NCBI GenBank assembly: GCA_018401885.1
Contig: JAGYKB010000011.1
Location: 4,575-68,574, forward strand
DNA: 64,000 nt
From: Gammaproteobacteria bacterium
GTDB taxonomy: Bacteria; Pseudomonadota; Gammaproteobacteria; Pseudomonadales; Pseudohongiellaceae
Direction of reading: 5' to 3'
The notes under the pieces are model-generated. The model ran no database searches. It worked only from the letters and a program-made list of their open reading frames with translations, and had not been told where the DNA came from. The position numbers and the translations under genes were made by a program. Positions 19,877 through 31,921 of the stretch are shown piece by piece; the stretch's first letter is position 1, and each line of letters starts with the position of its first letter.

Positions 19877-19950
19877 TCTAGTTCTCCCTTCAATCGTCAC
19901 AGCGCAAACGCGAAATGCGTTTGATTGAAACTTATCTTACATAGAGATAA

Positions 19951-19967
19951 CTGAATGAAAGCTGAAG
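19951..19967 (-). promoter_or_regulatory. PhoP-box-like direct repeat upstream of the glycine-zipper/PepSY/phoPQ string
   Basis: The minus strand reads CTTCAG-CTTTC-ATTCAG, a hexamer repeat with 11-bp periodicity (compare the P. aeruginosa PhoP box GTTCAG-N5-GTTCAG). It is followed after 11 nt by a -10-like TAAGAT. It lies about 75-90 nt upstream of ATG 19876. Confidence 0.35.
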
Positions 19968-20095
19968 CAATCCCCGCATTTGGTTGGCGTTGGCCATCTC
20001 TATGACACCACTAGCACTCCTTTTCTGCATGCATTAGAATAATTGATTAAGCCATTGTTAAAAAAGAAAATAAATCGGCAAGGACACCACTCAGA

Positions 20096-20548
20096 ATGCA
20101 AAAGAATCCTTATCTCATCGCGCTACTGTTAACAGTACTTTCAGCTTTACCACTCTACAAACTGACTAGTGCGAACTACACATTAACTCCGGACCACCTT
20201 CCGATTAGCCTGCTCTCAGTGGCAACCGTAGCACTCCTATCAGCGCTTTTTGCGCGCCCCAGCACTGCCGTCAAATCCAATCGGGGCGGCAAGAAATCAC
20301 GCAACCGCAGCATCGCTCCCCGCACGAAGCCCGCCAAGCAAGGCAAACGCGAGCAGGGAGAGGTTAAATGGTTTAACTCCACCAAAGGATTCGGCTTTAT
20401 TACGAGGGATAGCGGTGAAGATATTTTTGTGCATTTCCGCTCTATTCGCGGCGAAGGTCATCGAACGTTGAAAGATGGAGAACGAGTAGACTTCATCGTA
20501 AGCGATGGTGATAAAGGGCTGCAGGCCGATGACGTCGTCGCAATCTGA
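20096..20548 (+). CDS. Cold-shock domain protein with an N-terminal two-helix membrane anchor and a basic linker
   Basis: The C-terminal 66 aa are a canonical CSD ([30 protein letters not shown]...). The N-terminal ~55 aa form two hydrophobic helices, followed by the Lys/Arg-rich linker [27 protein letters not shown]. Confidence 0.8.
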   Translation: MQKNPYLIALLLTVLSALPLYKLTSANYTLTPDHLPISLLSVATVALLSALFARPSTAVKSNRGGKKSRNRSIAPRTKPAKQGKREQGEVKWFNSTKGFGFITRDSGEDIFVHFRSIRGEGHRTLKDGERVDFIVSDGDKGLQADDVVAI

Positions 20549-20656
20549 TTTGAATTGCTAGGTAACCAACCGACTGATGCCAATCACGGTCATCATATCA
20601 ATGGTGTGAAACCCTCTACGCCAAAGTTCATGCAACTATGTTCAATTACTATTTAG

Positions 20657-20893
20657 TTAATAGTGTGGCGGCCTTTCTTCAACTAACTCCCCATTGCTAA
20701 CGCGGTCGCGCTCACGCAGCCCTTCTAGCTGCTCCTTGCAACTTTTTAGCTGTGCTGCCAACTCCATTATCTGACGCCCTTGTACCGCAACAACATCGTT
20801 GAGCTGTTGAAGGGTATCTTCTTGAAAACTGAATTTCTCCTCTAACTCAGTCAGCCGGCTCCTCAATTCAATGTTTCCATCACGCTCTGTCAT
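20657..20893 (-). CDS. slyX: SlyX family protein
   Basis: 78 aa coiled-coil. RLTELEEKFSFQEDTLQQLNDVVAVQGRQI is typical of SlyX. Confidence 0.78.
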   Translation of the reverse strand: MTERDGNIELRSRLTELEEKFSFQEDTLQQLNDVVAVQGRQIMELAAQLKSCKEQLEGLRERDRVSNGELVEERPPHY

Positions 20894-21050
20894 AGCTCAA
20901 CTCTCCCCAATTACGCTTGATTCTTCACTCATCGCGCCACTAAGCAGGCTGCTAGGGTGCGAACCCATTTGAAACATCGTAACACTGATGCCACTTTTGT
21001 ATTCGTGGTACAGTTGATCCTATTGTATTTTCGCGTCGCAGGACCACTAC

Positions 21051-22298
21051 ATGCATTCATCAGATTCATCGCCTCGTCATACTACCCTTTCGCACTCTCC
21101 CTCTGATTCTGTCGCCGATTCAGTGTCTAATTCAGCATCAAACCCTCAGGGGACTGGCAAGGCACCGATCAACTGGACGAATATGATCCTTTTTACGGTC
21201 ACACCGGCTCTCGCAGTCATACTCGTCCCCGCCTACGGTTGGTTTGATGGCTACGATGCATTCGAATGGAGCATGTTTGCTGTAATGATGGTCTTTTGCG
21301 GCATGTCCATTACCGCAGGCTATCACCGCCTGTGGTCGCATAAAACCTATGAGGCCCACGCCTCAATTCGATTCCTCTTCGCACTGGGCGGTGCGTTCGC
21401 CTTACAAAATGACGTGCTGAATTGGGCATCGGATCACAGGCGCCACCATCAGCATGTGGATAATAATGACCATGATCCCTACTCGGCTGGTCGCGGTTTT
21501 TGGTTCTCGCACATTGGCTGGATTTTACGCCATTACGACAGTGCGAAAGACGATTTTTCGAATGTAAAAGATCTTCAGCGGGATCCGATTGTCATGTGGC
21601 AGCATAGAAATTATCTTCTTCTCGTGCTCATTATGAACATCGGCCTTCCCGCCTTTGTCGGCTTTCTTCACGGCGACATCATTGCAGGTCTGCTATTGGG
21701 CGGTCTGCTCCGCCTAGTGTTAAGCCAGCATGCGACTTACTTCATTAACTCGTTAGCGCACATGTGGGGTACGCGTCCCTATAGCGATAACAGCTCAGCG
21801 CGCGACAACACGCTACTTGCACTCATTACCTACGGCGAGGGCTATCATAATTATCACCATACCTTTCAGTGGGATTATCGAAACGGCATTCGCTGGTGGC
21901 ATTTTGACCCTACAAAATGGTTGATTCACTCACTCGAGCGTGTAGGCCTCGCGAGTGGCTTGAAGCGCTGCGCGCCTGACAAAATTGAGCGAGCGAAGCT
22001 AGAAAGGCAGTTCCAAATTGCTGCGCAAAAATGCGAGCATTTGGCAGTCGAAGGCGATTGGCGTTCGCGACTCGAAACAGAATATGAGGCTATTCTTCAC
22101 ACCCTTCAGCAGTGGGCCGAACACAGGCAAGCTTGGTACGAGGCTAAGGGAAAAGAATTGCAAGAGCACCTCTCGCATCTTGAGAGGCAGCAGCTTAAGG
22201 CCCACTACCTCGAATTCAAATACAAACTAAAATTACAGAAGCAGCGCTGGCAATTAGTCGTGCAAACCCTCGCGACCCCGGAGCCTCGAATCGCCTAG
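21051..22298 (+). CDS. Acyl-CoA/phospholipid delta-9 fatty acid desaturase (membrane di-iron, DesA-like)
   Basis: Three His boxes: HRLWSH, HRRHHQH and HNYHHTF. TM hairpins are present, plus a C-terminal coiled-coil tail. Confidence 0.88.
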   Translation: MHSSDSSPRHTTLSHSPSDSVADSVSNSASNPQGTGKAPINWTNMILFTVTPALAVILVPAYGWFDGYDAFEWSMFAVMMVFCGMSITAGYHRLWSHKTYEAHASIRFLFALGGAFALQNDVLNWASDHRRHHQHVDNNDHDPYSAGRGFWFSHIGWILRHYDSAKDDFSNVKDLQRDPIVMWQHRNYLLLVLIMNIGLPAFVGFLHGDIIAGLLLGGLLRLVLSQHATYFINSLAHMWGTRPYSDNSSARDNTLLALITYGEGYHNYHHTFQWDYRNGIRWWHFDPTKWLIHSLERVGLASGLKRCAPDKIERAKLERQFQIAAQKCEHLAVEGDWRSRLETEYEAILHTLQQWAEHRQAWYEAKGKELQEHLSHLERQQLKAHYLEFKYKLKLQKQRWQLVVQTLATPEPRIA

Positions 22299-22375
22299 CA
22301 TGTTCCTGGCACGCGACGTTTTCGCAAGCACCGCTGGCGCGTTGCACCAAACAAAGGTCAATTGGAGTAATCAAA

Positions 22376-22936
22376 ATGAACGGTCAGATGGCAAGAATGA
22401 GAATTGTAATGCCCGGCAGCAGACAATGCGGTGGCCGAAACCTTGCGAATCGGCTAGCTCTTTATTGCGCTCTTATGTTCGCACCGGTTTTCGCTCAAGC
22501 TGTCGAGGAAGGTGACGTAGCTCCTAATTTTATTCTTCCTTCGATCTATTCTGATAAGCCAGATATCAACTTAGAATCACTTAGAGGCAAAACCGTTTAT
22601 GTCGACTTCTGGGCTTCTTGGTGTGCCCCCTGTCTGCGCTCGATGCCCGCTTATAACGATCTCTATAATCGCTACCACGAGCAGGGATTAGAGTTCGTCG
22701 CGATAAATGTCGATAACCCGATAGAAGATGGCCTCGATTTTCTTCTCGATACACCGCTAGACTTTTTGATTCCTTCCGACCCTGATGGGGAAGTTACCGA
22801 ACGTTTCGGCGTCGTTGGCATGCCAACTTCTTATCTCATTGACCCCACAGGCAAAGTGAGACTGGTTCACATGGGGTTCCGGGATGGCGATATGGCCGAA
22901 ATAGAGGCGGCAATTCAGGCCGTGCTCGCTGAGTGA
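22376..22936 (+). CDS. TlpA/ResA-like periplasmic thiol:disulfide oxidoreductase (thioredoxin fold)
   Basis: Signal peptide ...LMFAPVFAQA. Active site WASWCAPC. GGAG lies 9 nt upstream of the ATG. Confidence 0.8.
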   Translation: MNGQMARMRIVMPGSRQCGGRNLANRLALYCALMFAPVFAQAVEEGDVAPNFILPSIYSDKPDINLESLRGKTVYVDFWASWCAPCLRSMPAYNDLYNRYHEQGLEFVAINVDNPIEDGLDFLLDTPLDFLIPSDPDGEVTERFGVVGMPTSYLIDPTGKVRLVHMGFRDGDMAEIEAAIQAVLAE

Positions 22937-22944
22937 CACCAAAG

Positions 22945-23973
22945 TTAAATCAGCCTCAAGGGCGGCTCATCCAGTAAGGCGAACTGTTCACGTAATTCCA
23001 AAATGTGCTCCGCCCAATAGCGCTGAGTGTTAAACCATGGAAAGCTAAGCGGAAACGCCGGATCACTCCAGCGTCGACCTAGCCAAGCACTGTAATGCAT
23101 CAAGCGCAGCGCTCGCAGACTCTCTATCAGACTCAATTCAGAAGGCACAAAATCGAAAAATTCGTTGTAGCCCTCGACTAATTCGATGAGCTGCGCCTGC
23201 TGCTGATCTCTATCGCCTGAAAGCATCATCCATAAATCCTGTATGGCTGGCCCCATCATTGTGTCGTCGAAGTCGACGAAATGAGGGGTATCCTCGCGCC
23301 ACAGCACATTGCCCATGTGACAATCTCCGTGCAGCCTCAGCGAGCGAAGAGGACCATGAGCATCGAATCGCGACGCAATCTCATTAAGCAAATCGGCGCT
23401 AAGCGTCTCATACGCTCGCTGTAGATCCCCCTCGAGAAAACCACTTTGAAGCAAAAACTCTCGACTCTCATTTCCCAAGCGCTCAATGCTTAATTCGCTA
23501 CGATGTGCATATCTGGCGCGAGCACCTACCGCGTGAATGCGCGCAACAAAGCGGCCCATCGAGACTAGATCATCGGGGTTCTCGAGGTTGACTGCTCGCC
23601 CAGCTAAACGCTCGAAAATGGAGAAGCGAAAGCCCTCGTAGACGAAAATCGTCTCTTCGTCTCGAATTATTGGAGCACCGACGGGAATCTCCAGAGCATA
23701 TAACTCGGCAAGAAAGCCATGCTCCTCTCGGATCTGAGCGTCGGTCCATCGACGCGGGCGGTAGAACTTTACAATAAGGCTACCGCCGTCTTCGAGACCT
23801 ACTTGATATACCCTGTTCTCATAGCTATTGAGGGCAAACACGCGCGCATCCGCTGAATATCCGAGCGACTCGACGGCACTTAGCACGAGATCCGGGCTCA
23901 ATGCGGCAAAGGGGTGAGACTGCGCATTCACGCGAGGAGTTACGCTCTGCGCCGCAGCGACATTGCCGTTCAC
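22945..23973 (-). CDS. srkA: Stress-response Ser/Thr kinase SrkA (YihE/RdoA)
   Basis: NSYENRVYQ...KFYRPRRWT...LRLHGDCHMGNVLW...FVDFDD...PAIQDLWMML aligns by eye with E. coli YihE. The start is uncertain. I use GTG 23973; the listed ORF reaches 24060 and would overlap the upstream gene. Confidence 0.85.
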   Translation of the reverse strand: MNGNVAAAQSVTPRVNAQSHPFAALSPDLVLSAVESLGYSADARVFALNSYENRVYQVGLEDGGSLIVKFYRPRRWTDAQIREEHGFLAELYALEIPVGAPIIRDEETIFVYEGFRFSIFERLAGRAVNLENPDDLVSMGRFVARIHAVGARARYAHRSELSIERLGNESREFLLQSGFLEGDLQRAYETLSADLLNEIASRFDAHGPLRSLRLHGDCHMGNVLWREDTPHFVDFDDTMMGPAIQDLWMMLSGDRDQQQAQLIELVEGYNEFFDFVPSELSLIESLRALRLMHYSAWLGRRWSDPAFPLSFPWFNTQRYWAEHILELREQFALLDEPPLRLI

Positions 23974-24025
23974 CGTGGCTTCTGCTCTCTCGCGCTTACC
24001 CCTGCCTGATTCGAGAATGGCGATG

Positions 24026-24361
24026 CTACTTGTCCTTAGATTCAGGCTTGCCACCCACAAGCGACATGGGGAATGGCGAGACGTTATCGCCGTTGCTAAT
24101 CTTACTCACGCCCGATTTTTCAACCTCATCGATCCGAACGATTGCCTGCATGGGTATGAAGCTGCGGCGTACGCCAGTAAACTCTGTTTTAAGTCTTTCC
24201 TCCGAGGGATCGACCAAGACTTGACTGCGCTCATTAAAAACGTAGTCTTCGACCTCGATAAAGCCATAAAGATCGCTCTGATAGACCTGTTTCACAAAGA
24301 CCTCATAGACCTTACCCTGATTGAGAAAGGTGACTTTATATATTTCTGAGGCATTATCCAT
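24026..24361 (-). CDS. DUF1820 family protein
   Basis: 111 aa. ...IYKVTFLNQGKVYEVFVKQVYQSDLYGFIEVEDYVFNERSQVLVDPSEERLKTEF...IPMQAIVRIDEVEK matches my recollection of DUF1820 proteins found upstream of srkA in pseudomonads. Confidence 0.65.
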   Translation of the reverse strand: MDNASEIYKVTFLNQGKVYEVFVKQVYQSDLYGFIEVEDYVFNERSQVLVDPSEERLKTEFTGVRRSFIPMQAIVRIDEVEKSGVSKISNGDNVSPFPMSLVGGKPESKDK

Positions 24362-24508
24362 CTAAATCATACTCTTAAAAGTGCATTCTTATGCATGAAC
24401 TAAAGTTGAGCGTCTTTTAAAGACTGCATTTTTACGCCGGACAGGTGCGCGCATTGGCAATATTTGGCTAATTCGCTAATTTTCAATGCATTATGCGTGA
24501 ATTCCTAG

Positions 24509-24538
24509 TTAAGTACCGCAACTTTTTACTGCTATAAT
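24509..24538 (+). promoter_or_regulatory. Candidate sigma-70 promoter for miaB
   Basis: TTAAGT-N18-TATAAT, about 145 nt upstream of the miaB ATG. Sequence-only guess. Confidence 0.25.
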
Positions 24539-24681
24539 CCCGCTATCGCTGGCCTCTTGCCCTTCATTAGACAAATACTTTCTTCTGTCACATTAACAGG
24601 AAAGACTGAGACCAAATTCTTACAGATCGACAGCGCTGCTGAGTCGCTAACCTAGAGTCACCACCGGCAGCAGGAGTTTTC

Positions 24682-26079
24682 ATGACCGCTCAAATTCAAG
24701 ACCCAAAGTCGGTCTTGCCCATCGCCACCGACAAGCCCGCTAAGGCCGAGTCTAATAAAGGCCGCCGTGTCTATATCAAGACCCATGGTTGCCAGATGAA
24801 TGAATATGACTCGTCGCGCATGCTGGATCTGCTCAAGGACGATGAGGGAGCGGTGTTGGTAGACGAGCCGGAGCAGGCAGATGTGCTCTTACTCAATACC
24901 TGCTCGATACGAGAAAAGGCACAGGAAAAAGTCTTTCATCAACTGGGCCGCTGGCGCCTGCTCAAGGAAAAGAACCCTGCGCTAAAAATTGCCGTCGGAG
25001 GCTGCGTCGCTAGTCAAGAAGGCGCCGCTATAGGCAAAAGGGCGCCGTATGTCGATGTGGTGTTCGGGCCCCAAACCCTCCACAAATTACCCGACATGCT
25101 AAGCCGTTCTATCCCCGGTTCGCCCCTTGTCGACATAAGCTTTCCAGAGATTGAAAAATTCGACCATCTGCCACAGCCAGAAGCGACCTCATGCCAAGCG
25201 TTCTTATCAGTCATGGAAGGTTGCAGTAAGTATTGCAGCTTCTGTGTCGTGCCCTACACGCGCGGCGAAGAGGTGAGTCGCCCACTCGATGACGTTTTGG
25301 CAGAGGCATACCATCTTGCCGAGCAAGGTGTGCGCGAAATTAATTTGTTGGGACAAAACGTCAACGCTTACCGCGGTCTTAGCGATAGCGGTGAGATAGC
25401 CGACCTCGGGCTTCTTATAAAGTATATGGCGAGCATCGACGGCATCGACCGCCTGCGCTTCACCACCTCTCACCCTATCGAGTTCAGTGAAAACCTCATT
25501 CAAACCTACGCACAAGTGCCTGAATTGGTAGACCATCTCCATTTGCCTGTTCAGAGTGGTTCAGATCGCATCCTCGCAGCGATGAAACGAGGTCACACAG
25601 CTCTCGAATACAAGTCAATCATTCGCAAGATTCGCGCGATTCGTCCCAACATAAGCCTGTCGTCAGACTTCATAGTCGGTTTTCCTGGCGAAACGAATCG
25701 TGACTTCGAAGATACGATGAAACTCATCATAGAAGTCGGTTTCGACACGTCGTTTAGCTTTATTTACAGCGCGCGCCCTGGCACGCCAGCGGCCGAACTG
25801 CCGGATGAAACGCCAGAGCAGGAAAAGAAGCATCGCCTCGCTACGCTACAATCACAGATTCTGATGCAAGCCAACGCGATCAGCGCAGGCATGGTGGGCA
25901 GCGAGCAGCGTATCCTCGTCACTGGCGTATCTAAGAAGGATCCAAGGGATCTGCAGGGCCGTACAGAAAACAATCGAGTCGTTAACTTCCGCTGTGATGA
26001 TGCGTCACTGATCGGCGGTTTTGCGACAGCTAAAATCACCGACGCGCTACCCAACTCCCTATTGGGAACACTTGTTTAA
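24682..26079 (+). CDS. miaB: tRNA-2-methylthio-N6-dimethylallyladenosine synthase (radical SAM)
   Basis: 465 aa. UPF0004 N-domain ([12 protein letters not shown]), radical-SAM CSKYCSFC motif and a TRAM C-domain. Confidence 0.95.
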   Translation: MTAQIQDPKSVLPIATDKPAKAESNKGRRVYIKTHGCQMNEYDSSRMLDLLKDDEGAVLVDEPEQADVLLLNTCSIREKAQEKVFHQLGRWRLLKEKNPALKIAVGGCVASQEGAAIGKRAPYVDVVFGPQTLHKLPDMLSRSIPGSPLVDISFPEIEKFDHLPQPEATSCQAFLSVMEGCSKYCSFCVVPYTRGEEVSRPLDDVLAEAYHLAEQGVREINLLGQNVNAYRGLSDSGEIADLGLLIKYMASIDGIDRLRFTTSHPIEFSENLIQTYAQVPELVDHLHLPVQSGSDRILAAMKRGHTALEYKSIIRKIRAIRPNISLSSDFIVGFPGETNRDFEDTMKLIIEVGFDTSFSFIYSARPGTPAAELPDETPEQEKKHRLATLQSQILMQANAISAGMVGSEQRILVTGVSKKDPRDLQGRTENNRVVNFRCDDASLIGGFATAKITDALPNSLLGTLV

Positions 26080-26123
26080 TTCTGGCAGCCTACACAGCTA
26101 CAGAACCTTCGAATTAGGAACGC

Positions 26124-27191
26124 ATGACAGCAGATACTTCGATTAGTAATCACATAGAACTCGAGCCCGACAACGCCGCTCGCCTCGCCAACCTCTGCGG
26201 ACGCCTAGACGAACATCTGCGACAGATAGAGAATCATCTGGGAGTCAAGATCACTCATCGTGGTAATAGCTTCAAAATCACAGGGGATGAGGCTGCGGTT
26301 AATGCCACGTCCTCGGCACTCTCGCATCTTTATTCGGAGACCGCGACGGGTGAGACACTCAATCCAAATGCAATTCATCTAGCGCTAGGAGAAACGTCGC
26401 AAGCGCTCAGCGGGGACGCAGACACCACGGCTGAGACTACAAACAGCGTTTTTATTCGCACCCCAAAGTCTTCTGTTAAGCCCCGCAGCCCACACCAGCG
26501 TGAGTATGTAGAAAGCATACGCCGCCATGACATCAATTTTGGCATCGGCCCCGCCGGTACCGGCAAAACCTACCTTGCTGTTGCCTGCGCGGTAGAAGCA
26601 CTCGTGAGTGAACGCGTGAACAGACTACTATTGGTCCGGCCCGCGGTCGAGGCTGGGGAGAAGCTCGGCTTTTTACCTGGGGATCTTGCCCAGAAAATCG
26701 ACCCTTATCTGCGCCCTCTCTATGACGCACTCTATGAGATGCTAGGCTTCGAGCGTGTAGGTCGACTTATTGAGAAAAGCGTTATCGAAGTAGCTCCGCT
26801 TGCGTATATGCGTGGTCGCACGCTGAACAACTCCTTTATTATTTTAGACGAAAGCCAAAACACCACGACTGCACAGATGAAAATGTTTCTCACACGCATT
26901 GGTTTCGGTTCGACTGCGGTCATCACAGGTGATGCCACGCAGATCGACCTTCCAAAAGGCGAGCGTTCGGGGCTTATTCAGGCTGCTCAAATTCTTAAGG
27001 ACATAGACGGCATTAGCTTTAGCCATTTTAATTCGAAAGATGTCGTTAGGCACAGGCTCGTGCAAAAAATTGTCGAAGCCTATGACCAACACGACCTCAA
27101 GAGCGTCACTTCTCTCCCACATCAAGATTCCCGCAGTGATTCGTCGCGCAAGAGCAATACAGAAGAAAGTAGAAATGATCGAGAAAACTAG
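26124..27191 (+). CDS. ybeZ: PhoH-like ATPase YbeZ
   Basis: 355 aa. Walker A GPAGTGKT, then ...ILDESQNTT...ITGDATQIDLP. Conserved miaB-ybeZ-ybeY-corC order. Confidence 0.9.
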   Translation: MTADTSISNHIELEPDNAARLANLCGRLDEHLRQIENHLGVKITHRGNSFKITGDEAAVNATSSALSHLYSETATGETLNPNAIHLALGETSQALSGDADTTAETTNSVFIRTPKSSVKPRSPHQREYVESIRRHDINFGIGPAGTGKTYLAVACAVEALVSERVNRLLLVRPAVEAGEKLGFLPGDLAQKIDPYLRPLYDALYEMLGFERVGRLIEKSVIEVAPLAYMRGRTLNNSFIILDESQNTTTAQMKMFLTRIGFGSTAVITGDATQIDLPKGERSGLIQAAQILKDIDGISFSHFNSKDVVRHRLVQKIVEAYDQHDLKSVTSLPHQDSRSDSSRKSNTEESRNDREN

Positions 27192-27825
27192 CTCGGCAGC
27201 AGCGCCTCTAATTTTCGTCGAGATAAGTTCGGCGTGGGAAGAAGACAACGAGACCGAGACAACCGAGGCATTGCCGAGCTGGTTGCCTGACCCCGCGTTT
27301 TGCGAAAACTGTCTAAGCGCTGGAATCAGTCTACTCCGACGGCGAGATTTAAAAAGCGCCCCTCATCAAGACGACGCCACCCAATCATCGAGCGTCGAAT
27401 CTCCGCTCTCCTTGCCGCGGACCTATGAAATCAGCATCCGCTTCGCAGAGAGTGCCGAGTCGAAACAACTCAATGCGACTTATCGAGGTCGTAACAACTC
27501 TACAAATGTTCTTTCTTTTCCCATCGCTGAGGAAACCGCACAATGGCTAACGCCACTCGACATCAGCGACCCAGGGAACGCCGAACAAGCGAATAGCGAG
27601 GTAGCGCCTTTAGGCGAACTCGTTTTATGCCCCAGCATTATCGAGAGCGAAGCAATAGCGCAACACAAGAGCCTCGAGATTCATTGGGCGCATCTCTTAA
27701 TTCATGGGCTATTTCATCTACTCAATTTCGATCACATCAATGAAGAAGATGCAGAGGAAATGGAATCGCTGGAAATAGAGACTTTAAGAAGCCTTGGAAT
27801 CCCAAATCCGTATTTGTTAGATTAA
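27175..27825 (+). CDS. ybeY: Endoribonuclease YbeY (rRNA maturation factor), with extra N-terminal and internal segments
   Basis: Metal site HGLFHLLNFDH, plus ...LNATYRGRNNSTNVLSFP... and WAHLLIHG. I prefer ATG 27175, which overlaps the ybeZ end by 17 nt. The listed ORF start 27040 is deep inside ybeZ. Confidence 0.85.
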   Translation: MIEKTSSAAAPLIFVEISSAWEEDNETETTEALPSWLPDPAFCENCLSAGISLLRRRDLKSAPHQDDATQSSSVESPLSLPRTYEISIRFAESAESKQLNATYRGRNNSTNVLSFPIAEETAQWLTPLDISDPGNAEQANSEVAPLGELVLCPSIIESEAIAQHKSLEIHWAHLLIHGLFHLLNFDHINEEDAEEMESLEIETLRSLGIPNPYLLD

Positions 27826-27883
27826 TCGCTCTAAATCGGCCGTTTATTTGGCCCAGCAGCGATCACAGGAGCAACAGAGAGAA

Positions 27884-28729
27884 ATGTCAGACGACCAATC
27901 ACCCCTCGATCCGAGACCAAAATCTTGGATCGATAAAATTGCACATTACTTCTCGGACGAGCCAACAGACACAAAAAGTCTACTTGAACTTATTCGCAAT
28001 GCAGAGCAAGACAAGGTACTCGACGCCGATGCGCTCAGCATCATCGAAGGGGCGCTTCAGGTATCTAGCATGCAGGTTCGAGACATCATGATCCCCCGCA
28101 CACAGGTGGTGACAGTACCCTCCGATTTGGGACTTAACGAAATCATCGAACTGATAACAAAGGCATCACACTCTCGATTCCCTGTGATAGGTGAAACAAT
28201 CGACAATGTAGTCGGTATACTGCTTGCCAAAGATCTACTCGCCGCCATGCTAAACCAAAGCAATACACGTTTCGACATTAAAGACGTAGTCCGCCCCGCT
28301 ACCTTCGTACCCGAAAGCAAACGGCTTAATGTGCTCTTAAAAGAATTTCGCGAAACACGCCAGCACATGGCAATTGTCATCGACGAATATGGCAATGTCG
28401 GCGGCGTCGTAACCATCGAGGACGTGCTCGAGCAAATAGTCGGTGAGATTGAAGACGAACACGACGTGGATGACGACAGCTTTATCAAAAAATTTGACGA
28501 GCATAATCACATTGTGAAGGCGCTTACGCCTATCGATGAATTCAATGAGTATTTTTCTACTGACTTCAATGAGCAGGAATCAGCCACCATCGGCGGTCTC
28601 GTTTTACAGCGCTTTCGACACATACCTGAGCGCGATGAGACGACTCGCATCGGCAACTTTACGATAACCATCCTAAACGCCGATAGCAGGCAGATAAAGC
28701 TATTAAAAGTGACGACTGAAACGGAATAG
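27884..28729 (+). CDS. corC: CorC/HlyC family Mg/Co efflux-associated protein (CBS pair + CorC_HlyC domain)
   Basis: Begins MSDDQS... (E. coli CorC begins MSDDNS). ...VRDIMIPR...SRFPVIGE...MAIVIDEYGNVGGVVTIEDVLEQIVGEIEDE. The listed ORF begins at TTG 27848. Confidence 0.9.
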   Translation: MSDDQSPLDPRPKSWIDKIAHYFSDEPTDTKSLLELIRNAEQDKVLDADALSIIEGALQVSSMQVRDIMIPRTQVVTVPSDLGLNEIIELITKASHSRFPVIGETIDNVVGILLAKDLLAAMLNQSNTRFDIKDVVRPATFVPESKRLNVLLKEFRETRQHMAIVIDEYGNVGGVVTIEDVLEQIVGEIEDEHDVDDDSFIKKFDEHNHIVKALTPIDEFNEYFSTDFNEQESATIGGLVLQRFRHIPERDETTRIGNFTITILNADSRQIKLLKVTTETE

Positions 28730-28821
28730 TTGCCTATCCACTGGGTGGAATCCTGTTTACCTCGTGCGAGCTAAGGTATCCTTAGAAGCTATGGAGGTCA
28801 TACCCTCATCTACACCATTGA

Positions 28822-31347
<2,526 letters not shown>

Positions 31348-31380
31348 AGCGGCACCGCTTGGAAAGTAAGGAGACGCCTT

Positions 31381-31911
31381 ATGCAGTCCTTCACGCAAGT
31401 AATTAGCTGGCTGTCTAAATGCTGCGTCGCATTTGCGCTCACACTTCTACTTACCGCTTGCGGATATAGCTTGCGCGGCAGCGAGCAGGCTACTACCACG
31501 CTTTCCCAGATCGACTTAATCGCCGCAAATCCGAGCGATCCTCTCGTTATTGAGCTGATCGGCGCGCTAGAGGCACTCTCTGTCGAGGTCGTAGTCACTA
31601 GCGACGGTTCAGCTCAAGATACCACTTCGATCGTTCTCAAACTTGGCGACGAGCGCCTAGATCGACGCGCTGTATCGGTCAACTCGCGCGCGCGTGCCGC
31701 ACAGTACGAACTATCTCTTAGCAGCCAGCTCACTCTTTTAGTTGGCTCGACCATCATCTTAGATGCCGTCGAAGTCGTTGTGCAAAGCGAATATTTTGAA
31801 GAGATCGAAAACCTCGCCGGTACCCAAGACGAAATAACGCTTCTCACACAAGAGATGCGCCGCAGCCTTGTACGTCAAATTATTCGACGTGCCAGCGCAG
31901 CGATTAGGTAA
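31381..31911 (+). CDS. lptE: LPS assembly lipoprotein LptE
   Basis: 176 aa. Lipobox LLLTACGYSLRG. Conserved leuS-lptE-holA order. Confidence 0.8.
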   Translation: MQSFTQVISWLSKCCVAFALTLLLTACGYSLRGSEQATTTLSQIDLIAANPSDPLVIELIGALEALSVEVVVTSDGSAQDTTSIVLKLGDERLDRRAVSVNSRARAAQYELSLSSQLTLLVGSTIILDAVEVVVQSEYFEEIENLAGTQDEITLLTQEMRRSLVRQIIRRASAAIR

Positions 31912-31921
31912 GGATACAAGC

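Noticed and set aside
21960-22298. ~100-aa coiled-coil C-terminal tail of the delta-9 desaturase as a novel fusion
   Set aside because: Bacterial DesA-type desaturases of about 390-420 aa commonly carry such a tail, as I recall, so it is not unusual enough to report.
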